This document shows, piece after piece, positions 49,053-60,435 of a stretch of 64,000 nt of DNA. The first letter of the stretch is position 1. Every line of letters begins with the position of its first letter. This DNA is from an uncultured Acidimicrobiia bacterium (GTDB lineage Bacteria; Actinomycetota; Acidimicrobiia; Spongiisociales; UBA5794): assembly GCA_963821095.1 (NCBI GenBank), contig CAWGCJ010000023.1, positions 42,967 to 106,966 on the forward strand. Direction: 5' to 3'. Below the pieces are notes generated by a model. The model was not told where the DNA came from, did no database searches, and saw nothing but the letters and a program-made list of their open reading frames with translations. Made by a program: the position numbers and the translations under genes.

Positions 49053-49818
49053 CACCCCCGCCGGTGATCTGCCCAGCCCTGAGGTCAACCTCGACGTTTT
49101 GGCAGAGGGCTATCGCTATCGGCCGCCATCCGCAGGTTCGTTGGCGCATGCGGCGCGGGCGGCTGACTCTGCCGACTTGGAACCGGGCGATTGGGCGCTC
49201 GACGCCGGTGGCGGGCCCGGCGACCACGCCGCTATGTGGGCGGAGGTCGGTGCCGCCGCCGTTGTGCTCGACGCCAGCCCGGCCATGGTGCGTACCGCGG
49301 GGTCGCGCCCCGGGGTTGAAGCCGTCGTGGGACGGACCCAACAGATGCCGTTTCGAGCTGGGCGGTTCTCCCTCGTGTACTTCCACCTATCGATCCACTA
49401 CGGCGATTGGCGGGCGGCCCTGCACGAAGCCCATCGTGTTCTGGGACCCGGTGGCGAATGCTGGGTCTGGACGCTCGGTGCCGTGCATCACCGCGCCTCG
49501 TTTCTCGCCCGCTGGTTCCCGTCGGTCGGTGAGATCGATGCGGCCCGTTTTCCCGATCCTGCCGAGATCGCCGATGCCCTTGCCGACCGATTCGGAGACG
49601 TGAGCCGCGGCACGACGCTGGAGGTGGTGGAACGCTCGGCCGGGTCGTGGGTTGAGGCGGTACGCGGCGGCTTTGTCTCGACCCTCCAAATGGTTCCACC
49701 TCAGGAGTTGGAATCCGGTCTCGCCTCGTTTGCCCGTGAGTACCCGGACCCAGATGCCATCGTCGAGTACCAGATGAGATGGGACTGGCTCTCAACCCAG
49801 CGGCGAACGCTACGCTAA
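49049..49818 (+). CDS. Class I SAM-dependent methyltransferase (likely one C missing in the run near the start)
   Basis: LDAGGGPG, LDASPAM, LHEAHRVLGPGG; GTGA overlap at 49049 joins the frame if one C is added. Confidence 0.8.
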
Positions 49819-49856
49819 CCCCCTCAGCTCAGGTCTTGCGAGGAGTGGGGAAAACT

Positions 49857-50297
49857 ATGGCGATGGAAGGCACCGTTCAGAGCATCGAGGTCTCGGCCGC
49901 GCCTCAATTCGTCTTTGAGGTCGCGCTCCATCTCGAGGCGTACCCGGAGTGGGTGACGGGAGTGAAGTCCGTCGACATCCTCGAGGAGGACGACTTCGGC
50001 CGGCCGGTCAGGGTCGCCTTTGTGGCCGACGCCATGATCAAGGAAATCTCCTACACGCTGCGGTACGAGTACGACCTGGAGAACGGCTTCTCGTGGCATG
50101 CGGAGCCCGGGCGAGACATCAAGGCCATGGACGGCAGCTACGAGTTCAACGAGATGTCCGATGGGGGCACCGAAGTGCTCTATGCCCTCCGAGTCGATCC
50201 GGCCTTCACGGTCCCCGGGTTTCTTCGTCGTCAGGCCGAGAAGCAGATCGTGTCGAGCGCGTTGCGCGGGTTGAAGAAGCGCTCCGAAGCCGGCTGA
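49857..50297 (+). CDS. SRPBCC/polyketide cyclase family protein
   Basis: LEAYPEW, MDGSYEF, PGFLRRQAEKQIV. Confidence 0.9.
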   Translation: MAMEGTVQSIEVSAAPQFVFEVALHLEAYPEWVTGVKSVDILEEDDFGRPVRVAFVADAMIKEISYTLRYEYDLENGFSWHAEPGRDIKAMDGSYEFNEMSDGGTEVLYALRVDPAFTVPGFLRRQAEKQIVSSALRGLKKRSEAG

Positions 50298-51475
50298 TGC
50301 GGGTCATCCTCGTCACCGGCAAAGGCGGCGTCGGCAAGACCACTGTGTCGGCGGCGACCGCCTTGCGGGCGGCGGACTCCGGCTCACGAACCCTGGTGAT
50401 GTCTACTGATCCGGCTCACTCACTCGCTGATGCCTTCCAACTCAGTTTTGGCGACGCCCCTTCGCAAGTCACCACCCGCTTGGCGGCTCAACAGATCAAC
50501 GCCCAAGAGCGTCTCGAGGACTCGTGGGGCGAGGTCCGCGACCACCTCACCGAACTGTTCGATTGGTCGGGGCTAAAGGGCATAGAAGCCGAAGAGCTCA
50601 CGGTGTTCCCCGGGATGGATGAGATCTTCTCGCTGGCTACCGTGCGCGATCATGTCCGTTCCGGCGACTACGACGTGGTCGTGGTTGATTGTGCGCCGAC
50701 GGCTGAGACGTTGCGATTGCTCAGTCTTCCCGAGGTGCTCTCCTGGTACATGGAGAAGATGTTCCCGATCGGGCGCCGGGTGGCGAAGGTCGTGAGGCCC
50801 GTGCTGAGCCGGGTCACCAACATGCCGGTCGCCGACGACAAGGTCTTTGAGGCGGTTGTGAACTTCTACTCCAGGCTCGATGGGATCAGAGAGATCCTGG
50901 CCGACCCCGAGATCACCAGCGCCCGGTTGGTGATGAATCCAGAGAAGATGGTCATTTCTGAAGCCCGCCGCACCTACACGTATCTAGGTCTGTTCGGGTA
51001 CGCGGTCGACGCCGCCATTGTGAACCGGGTGCTTCCCGATACCGTGTCGGATCCGTACTTCAAGCGGTGGCGCGAGATCCAGCAGCACCACCTCGAGTCG
51101 GTCGAAGAGGGCTTCGCCGACGTGAACGTCCGCACCTTGCGGCTGTTCGACGAAGAGATGGTTGGTATCGACAACCTGCGCCTGGTCGGCGAGGAGCTCT
51201 ACGAGGATGTCGATCCGGTGTCGCGCCTCTCCGAAGGGCGCCCATTCCGGGTTGAGGATGATCCCGACAGCGACGACCAAGTCATCCTCGTGCTCACTAT
51301 TCCGTTCGCCGAGAAGGGCGATGTCGACGTGCTTCGCCACGGCGACGAGCTCTACATCACGGTTGGCCCCTACCGGAGGTCGTTTGTGCTTCCCGACTCC
51401 CTGAAGAGACGTCACGTGCGGCGAGCCCGGTTGGTCGAGGGCGAGCTCCGGGTCACGTTCGGACTCGAGCCATGA
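50297..51475 (+). CDS. ArsA/Get3-like ATPase with C-terminal HSP20-like domain
   Basis: TGKGGVGKTT, STDPAHSL, PGMDE, DCAPT, NPEKMV. Confidence 0.92.
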   Translation: MRVILVTGKGGVGKTTVSAATALRAADSGSRTLVMSTDPAHSLADAFQLSFGDAPSQVTTRLAAQQINAQERLEDSWGEVRDHLTELFDWSGLKGIEAEELTVFPGMDEIFSLATVRDHVRSGDYDVVVVDCAPTAETLRLLSLPEVLSWYMEKMFPIGRRVAKVVRPVLSRVTNMPVADDKVFEAVVNFYSRLDGIREILADPEITSARLVMNPEKMVISEARRTYTYLGLFGYAVDAAIVNRVLPDTVSDPYFKRWREIQQHHLESVEEGFADVNVRTLRLFDEEMVGIDNLRLVGEELYEDVDPVSRLSEGRPFRVEDDPDSDDQVILVLTIPFAEKGDVDVLRHGDELYITVGPYRRSFVLPDSLKRRHVRRARLVEGELRVTFGLEP

Positions 51476-51663
51476 GTGACGAGGGAGACCGCGTGGACCA
51501 GGGTCGGGTCAAGATGGGCCTCCAGCGGGCCGGACTCCACATGCTGCGCGCCGGCTACGAAGTCGTCGCCGGAGTCGCAGCATTCCTCGACGAAATCGTG
51601 CGGGTGCGCCGCGACACCGTTGCCGACGACGACGAAGGTCCCACCAAGATCGAACTGGAGTAG
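51472..51663 (+). CDS. Small hypothetical protein between ArsA and ROK kinase
   Basis: ATGA coupling; HMLRAGYEVVAG...KIELE. Confidence 0.7.
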   Translation: MSDEGDRVDQGRVKMGLQRAGLHMLRAGYEVVAGVAAFLDEIVRVRRDTVADDDEGPTKIELE

Positions 51664-51665
51664 GC

Positions 51666-52610
51666 ATGGCGACCACGATTGGCGTCGACATGGGCGGGAC
51701 CAAGATGCTGGTCGTCCGTGTCGAGAACAACGATGTGATTTCCCAGACCCGGCACTCGGTGCCGGAGGCGCCTGAAGAACTCTCCAGCGCAGCGATCGAC
51801 GCGGTTCGCACGCTGATGAGCGACGACGTCGAGGGGATCGGAGTCGGCGTGGCCGGGCTAGTGCAGTGGCCCGATGGAGTATTTGTGTGGGGTCCCCACG
51901 TCGCCGGGACCAGGGTCCCGATGCGCGAAGAGATCCAGGCCGAGTTCGGCGTACCGGTGGTGGTCGACAACGACGCCAACGCCGGCGCTTGGGGTGAGTT
52001 ACACCTGGGTGCGGGCCGTGGCTACCGCGACCTGCTGTTCGTCACCCTTGGCACCGGTATCGGAGGTGCCATCGTTCTCGATGGCACCATCCACCGTGGA
52101 TTGTCGTTCGCCGGCGAATGGGGCCATGCCCTCTACGAACCCGGAGGGGCGCGCTGTGGCTGTGGCAAGCAAGGTTGCTGGGAAACCGCGGCCAGCGGCC
52201 CCGCTCTCACCAGGCTGGCCCGCGTCATGCTCGCCCAGAATCCAGACGGGCCGCTGGCGCATCGGCTGCGGGACCAGGAACTGACCGGTGAGGCCATCAC
52301 CGCGGCGGCCGACGCCGGGGACGAAACCGCCCGCGGCCTTGTCGCCCAGGTCGGCGCCGACCTCGGCCGTGGGCTGTGCAACCTGATCGCGATCTTCGAC
52401 CCCGAGATCGTGATCGTCGGCGGTGGGCTTGGTTCTGTGGGCGAATCGTTGCTCGGCCCGGCCCGGCGAGTTGCCGCCGATGCCCTCCACGGCGGTTCCC
52501 ACCGAATGCTGCCTCCGATCTTGGTGGCGGGGTTGGGTCCGGCAGCCGGCGCGGTCGGCGCCGCCATGCTGGCGGAAGACCTGGTCACCGGCCGCCTCCT
52601 GCTGAGCTGA
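51666..52610 (+). CDS. ROK family sugar kinase (glucokinase-like)
   Basis: GVDMGGTK, DNDAN, LGTGIGG, GEWGH, CGCGKQGCWE. Confidence 0.92.
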   Translation: MATTIGVDMGGTKMLVVRVENNDVISQTRHSVPEAPEELSSAAIDAVRTLMSDDVEGIGVGVAGLVQWPDGVFVWGPHVAGTRVPMREEIQAEFGVPVVVDNDANAGAWGELHLGAGRGYRDLLFVTLGTGIGGAIVLDGTIHRGLSFAGEWGHALYEPGGARCGCGKQGCWETAASGPALTRLARVMLAQNPDGPLAHRLRDQELTGEAITAAADAGDETARGLVAQVGADLGRGLCNLIAIFDPEIVIVGGGLGSVGESLLGPARRVAADALHGGSHRMLPPILVAGLGPAAGAVGAAMLAEDLVTGRLLLS

Positions 52611-52622
52611 CTACGTTGCACC

Positions 52623-53057
52623 ATGGCTGAGTTCCCGAACCACGAGATGCCGGAGTGGGGTCCAGACCTGGCCGAGCCGCGGCCACGGCGGTCCAAGCGA
52701 GCCGTGATCGGCGAAGTGCTACTTGCCGGTCCCCACCTTGCCACGCTGGTCTACCGGCTGCTGCGCGATCCGCGGGTTTCGCGCCGTCGCAAACTGGTCC
52801 TGGCCGGTGCGCTTGCCTACGTCGTGTCGCCGATCGACCTGATCCCCGGCAAGCTCTTTCCCATCGTCGGGCAGATGGATGACGCTCTCGTCGCCGCCTT
52901 CTCCGTCGACTACCTCATGCGCGGCGTCGAACCCGGCGTATTGGCCGAATTATGGGGCGGCAGCGAGGACGGTCTCGAGATGGTCGTGGCCCTCATGGAG
53001 TGGGGAAGCGAGTTCGTACCGGCCTCGCTGAAACGGCTGATCGAGTCGGGCGGCTGA
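52623..53057 (+). CDS. YkvA/DUF1232 family protein
   Basis: [11 protein letters not shown]...GQMDD. Confidence 0.88.
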   Translation: MAEFPNHEMPEWGPDLAEPRPRRSKRAVIGEVLLAGPHLATLVYRLLRDPRVSRRRKLVLAGALAYVVSPIDLIPGKLFPIVGQMDDALVAAFSVDYLMRGVEPGVLAELWGGSEDGLEMVVALMEWGSEFVPASLKRLIESGG

Positions 53058-53095
53058 TCCGCAGCGAAGTGGCCACCCGCCAGTACGCTGGCGCC

Positions 53096-54268
53096 ATGGA
53101 ATTTCGGCGTATCAACAATCTGCCCCCGTACGTGTTTGCCCAAGTCAACGATCTGAAGATCGAGGCGCGCCGGGCGGGCGAGGATGTGATCGACCTCGGT
53201 TTTGGGAACCCGGACATCCCATCGCCCCCGCAGGTCGTCGAGAAGCTGGTGGAGGCTGCTCGCAACGACCGCAATCATGGCTACTCGGCTTCCCGTGGCC
53301 TGCCCAACCTCCGCAAAGCGGTTGCGGACCGATACCGCCGCCGGTTCGGCGTCGAACTCGACCCGGATAGCGAAGTGATCAGCACCATCGGGGCCAAAGA
53401 GGGCCTTTCCCACCTGATGTGGACGCTGGTCCAGCCCGGTGATGTCGCATTGGTTCCAGAGCCCTCCTACCCGATCCACATCTACGCCCCGGTACTGGCC
53501 GGCGCCGAGGTGCGGCGGGTCCATCTCTCGCTCGAGGCCGATTTCTTCGAAGATATGCACCAGGTGTTCCTCGACACCTGGCCGAGGCCACGGGTCATCC
53601 TGACTTCGTTCCCGCACAATCCGACGACGGCGTGCGTCGATCTGGAGTTCTTCGAGCGACTGGTGCGCTTCGCCCAGGAGCACGAGGTCATGTTGGTGCA
53701 CGACTTCGCCTACGCCGAGATCCACTTCGATGGTTACCGGCCGCCGAGCCTGCTCCAGGTGCCCGGGGCCAAGGATGTCGGAGTCGAGTTGTACACCCTC
53801 TCCAAGAGTCACTCGATGGCCGGTTGGCGGGTCGGTTTTGTCGTCGGCAATCCGGAAATGGTGGCAGCGCTCGCCAAGCTCAAGTCGTATCTCGACTACG
53901 GCACGTTCCAGCCCATCCAGATTGCCTCCATCATCGCCCTCAATGAGGGCGATGACTACATCGGCGAGGTCAACGCGGTGTACGAGCGGCGACGCGACAT
54001 CCTGGTTGACGGATTGAACCGGGCGGGATGGAAGGTGCCCAAGCCCCTAGGCACCATGTTCGTCTGGGCCGAGATCCCTGAACCGTACGCAGAGATGAAT
54101 TCTGTCGATTTTTCGATCCACCTACTGAGGGAAGCCAAGGTTGCCGTCAGCCCCGGTGTCGGGTTTGGCCCCTCAGGTGACCGCCACGTCCGGTTTGCCC
54201 TCGTCGAGAACGAGCACAGGGTCGGCCAAGCGGTGCGGGGGATTCGCCAGGCGCTCACCCGGCTCTAG
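53096..54268 (+). CDS. Class I/II PLP aminotransferase (AlaC-like)
   Basis: [46 protein letters not shown]. Confidence 0.92.
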   Translation: MEFRRINNLPPYVFAQVNDLKIEARRAGEDVIDLGFGNPDIPSPPQVVEKLVEAARNDRNHGYSASRGLPNLRKAVADRYRRRFGVELDPDSEVISTIGAKEGLSHLMWTLVQPGDVALVPEPSYPIHIYAPVLAGAEVRRVHLSLEADFFEDMHQVFLDTWPRPRVILTSFPHNPTTACVDLEFFERLVRFAQEHEVMLVHDFAYAEIHFDGYRPPSLLQVPGAKDVGVELYTLSKSHSMAGWRVGFVVGNPEMVAALAKLKSYLDYGTFQPIQIASIIALNEGDDYIGEVNAVYERRRDILVDGLNRAGWKVPKPLGTMFVWAEIPEPYAEMNSVDFSIHLLREAKVAVSPGVGFGPSGDRHVRFALVENEHRVGQAVRGIRQALTRL

Positions 54269-54332
54269 TTCTTCTTCTGTTGCGGAGGCACCGTCGGCCT
54301 CGGCGGTCTCGTCGGCGGCGGGGCCTGCCGCG

Positions 54333-56489
54333 TCACTTGCCTTTTTGGGTTGGTACCGCCGGCCTTGGCTTCCTCGCCAGCGGCAGGTAGGCGGCTTCGC
54401 TGTAGTCGACCAACATCCGCTGCGTCGAGAAATCGGGGAGGGCCGACACGATGGATTCCTTCATCATCTCCACCCACGCCTGGGGGATACCGTCCTCATC
54501 CCGGTCGTAGAACGTGGGGATGACCTCGCTCTCGAGCAGGTGGTAGAGGATCCCGGCATCCTCGGCGTCGGAATTGGAGTGCTCAGAGAAACCCCACCCG
54601 TTCTTGCCGTTGAAGCCTTCGACCCACCAGCCGTCGAGCACGGAGAGGTTGAGGCCGCCGTTGGCGGACGCCTTCATCCCCGACGTGCCGCTCGCTTCGT
54701 TGGGTGGGCGCGGATTGTTGAGCCAGACGTCGGCGCCGGCCACCAGCGAGGCGCCCAGTTCCATGTCGTAGTTCTCGACGAAGAAGATGTGGCCGGCGAG
54801 TTCGTGGCTGTTGGACATCTCCACCACCCAGCGGATCAGACCCTGACCCTCGCGGTCGGCGGGGTGAGCCTTGCCGGCGAACAGCACCTGGACGGGTCGC
54901 TCCGGGTTGGTCAGGATGGCACGGGTCCGCCCCGGGTCGCTGAAGATCAGCCCGGCTCGCTTGTAGGTGGCGAATCGCCTGGCGAATACCAGCGTCAGCC
55001 GGTCGGCAGGCAACTGGTCGTCGAGCCAGCGGAGCCGCTCCGGGCTGTGGCCGTGACGGGCGTACTGCTGGCGCAACCGAGAGCGCAGCGCTCGCAGCAT
55101 GATGGCCTTCTGCGTTTCGTGAGCCCGCCACAGGTCGGCGGCCGGAATATCGCGCACCTTCTCCCACGAATCGTGGTCGATGACCTCTTGGTCCCAGACC
55201 TCGCCGACGGTCTTGTGATATAGCCTGGCCATGTTGCGGCCCACCCAGGTCTGGGGGTGCATCCCGTTGGTGATCCCGATGGCAGGGCCACCGATGAGAT
55301 GGCTCCAGTCGCGGGTGGCAATTTCGCCGTGACGTTGGGACACCCCGTTGGCGATCGAAGAGAGACGAATCGCCAAGGCCCCCATATCGAAGCGACCTTC
55401 GTCGTGATCGTGAGCGCGGGAGGATTCGCTGAGGATCTTGTCGTCGATTCCGGGCAGGGTGCCGTGGAGGTAGTGCTTCGCCATGGCGAGGTCAAAAACT
55501 TCATTGCCGGCAGGCACCGGGGTGTGCAGCGTGAAGAGCGTGTTCTCAACGACCCCTGCGGCGGCCTCCTCGTAGCTTTCACCGGCCTGGATGCGCCGGC
55601 TGACTCGCTCCAGGAGGCTCAGCGCGGCGTGGCCCTCGTTGACATGCCACACCGATGGGTCGATGTCGAGGGCACGCAACATGCGGGCACCGCCGATGCC
55701 GAGCACGATTTCCTGGCAGAAACGCATCTCGCGGCCCCGCACGTAGAGGATGTGGGTGATTGGGCGGTCGGCCGGATCGTTCTCCGGAAGGTCGGTGTCG
55801 AGCAGCAACACGGGGATCCGTCCGACATCGACTCGCCAGGCGCCGACCGAGACGTCGCGACCCGGAAGCTGCACCGTCACTCGCAACGGGCGGCCGGTGT
55901 GGCGGTCGAGCACCTCGCGCACTGGTCGGCGCGCCGTCTCGAACGGGAGGTACGTGGCTTGCTGGTTGCCGTCGGGGTCGACGGCCTGCTGGAAGTAACC
56001 ACGCCGATAGAGCAGCCCCACGGCAACCATCGGCAAGCCGAGGTCGGAAGCGGCCTTGACGTGGTCTCCCGCCAATACGCCGAGCCCACCCGAGTACAGG
56101 CGGAGTTTCTGGTTGATCCCAAACTCGGCGCAGAGATAGGCGATCGGGTCCTCGAATGCGCCGTCGTGATTCTTCGTGTACCAGGTGTCCTCTCCGGCAA
56201 GGTAATCATCGAAGAGTTCGGTGACCTCTTCGTAGAGTTGGTTGAAGCTGACGTTGGCGACGAGTGCTTCCCAGGTCTGGCGTTCAACGACGGGGAGCAT
56301 GGAGAGTGGGTTGCGGTTCGCCGCCCAACGCAGCGGGTCGATCCGGCCCCAGAGTTCGCCTGCGAGCGGATTCCACGACCACCACAGGTTGTAGGCAAGG
56401 TCGTGGATGCGGTGAAACTCGGGGGGAACGTAGAACGGGGCCTTTGGCCCAGCCCAAATCTCGTTGAACATTTCGGGGATCTTCTTCAT
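54333..56489 (-). CDS. glgP: Alpha-glucan (glycogen) phosphorylase
   Basis: LAYNLWWSW, YSGGLGVLAGDH, NEGH, FARRFATYKR, EASGTSGMK. Confidence 0.96.
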   Translation of the reverse strand: MKKIPEMFNEIWAGPKAPFYVPPEFHRIHDLAYNLWWSWNPLAGELWGRIDPLRWAANRNPLSMLPVVERQTWEALVANVSFNQLYEEVTELFDDYLAGEDTWYTKNHDGAFEDPIAYLCAEFGINQKLRLYSGGLGVLAGDHVKAASDLGLPMVAVGLLYRRGYFQQAVDPDGNQQATYLPFETARRPVREVLDRHTGRPLRVTVQLPGRDVSVGAWRVDVGRIPVLLLDTDLPENDPADRPITHILYVRGREMRFCQEIVLGIGGARMLRALDIDPSVWHVNEGHAALSLLERVSRRIQAGESYEEAAAGVVENTLFTLHTPVPAGNEVFDLAMAKHYLHGTLPGIDDKILSESSRAHDHDEGRFDMGALAIRLSSIANGVSQRHGEIATRDWSHLIGGPAIGITNGMHPQTWVGRNMARLYHKTVGEVWDQEVIDHDSWEKVRDIPAADLWRAHETQKAIMLRALRSRLRQQYARHGHSPERLRWLDDQLPADRLTLVFARRFATYKRAGLIFSDPGRTRAILTNPERPVQVLFAGKAHPADREGQGLIRWVVEMSNSHELAGHIFFVENYDMELGASLVAGADVWLNNPRPPNEASGTSGMKASANGGLNLSVLDGWWVEGFNGKNGWGFSEHSNSDAEDAGILYHLLESEVIPTFYDRDEDGIPQAWVEMMKESIVSALPDFSTQRMLVDYSEAAYLPLARKPRPAVPTQKGK

Positions 56490-56607
56490 GGTGCCTTCAG
56501 GTGAATGGACGGGCCGCAGTCCGGCGATTGGGCGACCCAGTCGGGCGGTTCTCTCATCGGTAGCCGGACCATTGTTGACCCAGAGTCGATGCTGCGCAAG
56601 CACGCAG

Positions 56608-57282
56608 CTATCCGTTACACATCGCGGCGAGGGCCTCCTCGGCCGCCTGACGAGCGTACCTGATGTGGTTGGTGATGTAGCCGCTGTTGACGTGGCCGTG
56701 GTAGATGGCGTGGGCGCGGTCACCCACATCGCTGAGCTCCGAGATGATCGTCGCCTCGAGACGGCGACCTCGCAGGCCTGCCGTCGCCGCCTCCCTGACG
56801 ATGTCGCCGCCGCAGCGGCGGGCGACTTCCTCGTTGATGAAGGCGTGACCATTCTCGTGGTCCGCGGAGTACCCAACCGAGCCGTATTGCGGGACGAGTT
56901 CCGCAGTTACCGAGGTGAGGACGACAGGGTCCTTGGTGATGTCGACGTTGTAGAGGGCGTAGGCGAGGGCGATCGCCTTGCCGGATTTGAAGTAGTCGGC
57001 TCCGGTGTCGGCCAGCCAGGTCAGATACTCGGTGTCGCCGGCAATGCGTTTGAGTTCTCGGCTCAGGGCAGGGCTCGACTCCGAGTCGGCGGCTGCCCGG
57101 AGTTCGCCGGATAACCCGGCGATGATGATGTTGCGATCGGGGTTGATCGGGAGCACAAGACGAACCGGATCGGCGGCAATGACGCGCACCCCAACGTCGG
57201 GGTCAACGGTCGGTCCGGCGACGCGATTGAGCCCGATCAGGGCCGCTACGGCGACCACCACAAGCAGAAGCGTGGCCTTCAT
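56608..57282 (-). CDS. Exported protein with HEXXH motif (possible zinc peptidase, DUF922-like)
   Basis: N-terminal hydrophobic signal; ADHENGHAFI. Confidence 0.55.
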   Translation of the reverse strand: MKATLLLVVVAVAALIGLNRVAGPTVDPDVGVRVIAADPVRLVLPINPDRNIIIAGLSGELRAAADSESSPALSRELKRIAGDTEYLTWLADTGADYFKSGKAIALAYALYNVDITKDPVVLTSVTAELVPQYGSVGYSADHENGHAFINEEVARRCGGDIVREAATAGLRGRRLEATIISELSDVGDRAHAIYHGHVNSGYITNHIRYARQAAEEALAAMCNG

Positions 57283-57390
57283 CTCGTCTGCATCGGAAGA
57301 AGGTCACGACGAATTGAGCCCCCACGGCACCAATTCCGGGCCATACTCCGCGTTCGTAACCGTTCCCGTCCCGACCAGGTCGTATTCCAG

Positions 57391-58317
57391 ATGTCGTACG
57401 CAGTTCTCTTTCCAGGCCAAGGAAGCCAGTTCGTCGGCATGGGCGCCGACGTGTTCGCCGCCCGTCCCGACTTGCTGGGAAGCGAGGCAGATGCCGCGCT
57501 TGGCTGGTCATTGCAGGAGTTGTGTGCGGCGGGACCGGAAGAGGATCTGACTCGAACCGACCGAGCCCAGCCGGCCCTCTACGCCACGGCATACGCGCTG
57601 TGGGAGGCCTTTCGTGAGGCAGTGGGGTTCGACCCTGTTGCTGCCGCAGGCCATTCCCTCGGTGAGTACACCGCGCTGGCGGCCGCTGGCGTATTCGACT
57701 TCTCCACCGGGCTTCGCCTCGTCGCCGCGCGCGGTGCTGCCATGGATGTAGCGGCCCAACTCGAGGACTCCGGCATGGCGGCGTTGATCGGCGTAGACGA
57801 GGCCACAGCCGAGACGGTTGCTGCCACCAGGCGAGACGCCGAGGGCCGGCTCTGGGTGGCAAATCTCAATGCCCCTGGTCAGATTGTTGTTGCCGGCGGT
57901 GCCGAGGACATCGAGTGGGTCGTTGCCAACGGGCGGGACCTCGGCGTCCGCCGTGCCATACCGCTCAAGGTGGCAGGTGCGTTCCACTCCCCCTACATGG
58001 CCGTGGCGGCCGAACAGCTCGCCGCGGCATTGGGTGCGACCGTCTTTGCTCCGCCACGTTTTCCGGTCTACGCCAATGCCACGGGTGGGCCGGTCACCGA
58101 CGTTGCGGCCAATCTCGAAGAACAGTTGGTCAGCCCGGTGCGGTTCGCCGCAAGTCTCGAGGCGATGGCAGCCGCCGGAGTCGATACTTTTGTCCACATC
58201 GGTCCGGGCGACGTCACTGCCGGAATGGTGAAGCGCACGGTGCCGGACGCATCCGTGCTCGTTGTGTCGGTACTCGACGACATACCCGCGATTGCTGAGG
58301 AGCTCAACGTACAATGA
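57391..58317 (+). CDS. fabD: Malonyl-CoA:ACP transacylase
   Basis: FPGQGSQ, AQPA, GHSLGE, GAFHS. Confidence 0.96.
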   Translation: MSYAVLFPGQGSQFVGMGADVFAARPDLLGSEADAALGWSLQELCAAGPEEDLTRTDRAQPALYATAYALWEAFREAVGFDPVAAAGHSLGEYTALAAAGVFDFSTGLRLVAARGAAMDVAAQLEDSGMAALIGVDEATAETVAATRRDAEGRLWVANLNAPGQIVVAGGAEDIEWVVANGRDLGVRRAIPLKVAGAFHSPYMAVAAEQLAAALGATVFAPPRFPVYANATGGPVTDVAANLEEQLVSPVRFAASLEAMAAAGVDTFVHIGPGDVTAGMVKRTVPDASVLVVSVLDDIPAIAEELNVQ

Positions 58318-58342
58318 GGTCCGATCGGAGGGAGGGAAGCCC

Positions 58343-59417
58343 GTGAGAAGGGCCACGATCACTGGGTGGGGTAAATGTGTCCCACCGGCGGTGCTGAGCA
58401 ACGCCGACCTCGAGACCGTGATGGATACCACCGACGAGTGGATCACCACCCGGACCGGTATCAAGGAGCGGCGCATCACCCATATGGAGACCTCGGACAT
58501 GGCCGCGGTCGCCGGCAAACATGCCATTGCCGCCGCGGGCTTGGAGCCGGAGGACATCGATCTCCTCGTCTTGGCGACCTGCACTCCCGACCGGATCATC
58601 CCCTCGGCTGCCTCATTCGTGCAGGCCAAGATCGGCGCTCACAACGCCCCCGCCGTCGACGTGAATGCCGCCTGCAGCGGCTTCGTCTACGGGCTGAATC
58701 TCGCCAGCGCCATGGTGGCGGCCGGCAACGCAAGTCGTGTGCTGCTGATTGGCTCCGAGAAGTTTTCCCCGCTGCTCGATGTTGAGGACCGGTCGACCGC
58801 CGTGTTGTTCGGCGATGGCGCAGGTGCCGTCGTGCTCGAGGCGACCGATGGCACCGACGGGGTGCTGTCGGCGATGCTGGGAACCGACGGCCGCCTCGCC
58901 AAGATCCTGACCGTGCCGGGGTCCGGCACCGAGGACCCCGATCCCGAGGAGGCCAACGGTCGCATCTACATGGACGGGCGCGAGGTGTTCCGCAACGCCG
59001 TTGTCCAGATGGGCGAGGCCGCACGCAAGGTGATCGCCGATGCCGGTCTCAAACTCAGCGACGTCGACGTGTTGATCCCGCACCAGGCGAACGAGCGCAT
59101 CATCGACGCTATCGCTCGTCGGATGAAACTCTCCCCGGACAAAGGTGTTCATCAACATCGCCTCATACGGCAATACCTCGGCTGCCAGCATTCCGATTGC
59201 CCTGACCGAAGCTCTCGCTGAGGGCCGGATCGCACCGGGAGCCGTTGTTGCGTTTGTTGCCTTCGGTGGCGGCCTGACCTGGGGAGCAGCTGCACTGCGC
59301 TGGGGCGACCGCATCGACCCAATCGCTGAAAGCGACGCGGCGCTGCCACCCACAGACAAGACCGGGCTGGACCTCTTCCTCGAACGCCAGAAAATGCACG
59401 TTCGGGGGCTGCTGTGA
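58343..59417 (+). CDS. fabH: Beta-ketoacyl-ACP synthase III (frameshift ~59145)
   Basis: [26 protein letters not shown]; next frame [17 protein letters not shown]. Confidence 0.93.
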
Positions 59418-60151
59418 CAGATCGGGTGGCGCTGGTGACGGGAGCCTCGCGCGGGATCGGCCGGGCGATCGCGCTGCAGTTGGCTGCCGACGGCCACGTG
59501 GTCGCGGTGAACTACGCCTCGAATGCCGCTGCGGCGGCTGAGGTCGTCGATGCCATCATTTCGGGTGGCGGCCGCGCCATCCCCGTTGCTGCCGATGTCG
59601 GTGACGAATCCGCCGTTGCTGCCATGTTCGAGACCGTCGCTGATGAACTTGGTCCTGTTGCGGTGCTGGTGAACAACGCCGGCATCACCCGCGACGACCT
59701 CATGCTGCGGATGAAGGTGGAGGCCTGGGATGAGGTCATCACGACAAACCTGCGGTCGGTGTACCTGTGCTCGAAGGCCGCCCTGCGCGGCATGCTGCGG
59801 GCCAGGTGGGGGAGGGTGATCTCGGTCGGTTCGGTGTCCGGGATCGCCGGAAACCCGGGACAAGCCAACTACGCGGCCGCTAAAGCTGGCATCATCGGGT
59901 TCACGAAGTCGCTGGCGAAAGAGATCGGATCGCGCGGCATCACGGCCAACGTCGTGGCACCCGGGTTTGTTGCCACCGACATGACCGCCGACCTCGGTGA
60001 AGCGGTCCAGGAAGCGGCGACAGAGAGAATCAGTCTTGGTCGGCTCGGCCGACCTGAAGAAGTGGCGTCGGCGGTTGGCTATCTTGCTTCCGACGGCGCC
60101 GGCTACATCACCGGACAGACCATTGTGGTCGACGGTGGGTTGGCGTTGTAA
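59414..60151 (+). CDS. fabG: 3-oxoacyl-ACP reductase
   Basis: [30 protein letters not shown]. Confidence 0.96.
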   Translation: MTDRVALVTGASRGIGRAIALQLAADGHVVAVNYASNAAAAAEVVDAIISGGGRAIPVAADVGDESAVAAMFETVADELGPVAVLVNNAGITRDDLMLRMKVEAWDEVITTNLRSVYLCSKAALRGMLRARWGRVISVGSVSGIAGNPGQANYAAAKAGIIGFTKSLAKEIGSRGITANVVAPGFVATDMTADLGEAVQEAATERISLGRLGRPEEVASAVGYLASDGAGYITGQTIVVDGGLAL

Positions 60152-60178
60152 AGGGACGGAGCCAAGGAGGGCTACACG

Positions 60179-60421
60179 ATGGATCAGGATGAGATCCAAG
60201 CGAAACTCGTCGACCTGCTCGTAGAAGAGCTGGGTATCGACCGTGACAAGATCACCATGGACGCCACGTTTGAGGAAGACCTCGAGGTCGATTCGCTCGG
60301 CGTCGTGGAGCTCCTGATGGCGCTCGAAGACAACTTCGACGTGAAGATCCCCGACGAAGAGGCAGAGAAGATCACAACGGTCGGCGAAGCCGTCAACGTG
60401 GTCGCCGTGAAACTGCAGTAA
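60179..60421 (+). CDS. acpP: Acyl carrier protein
   Basis: [19 protein letters not shown]. Confidence 0.96.
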   Translation: MDQDEIQAKLVDLLVEELGIDRDKITMDATFEEDLEVDSLGVVELLMALEDNFDVKIPDEEAEKITTVGEAVNVVAVKLQ

Positions 60422-60435
60422 CCACGGAGCTGAAT

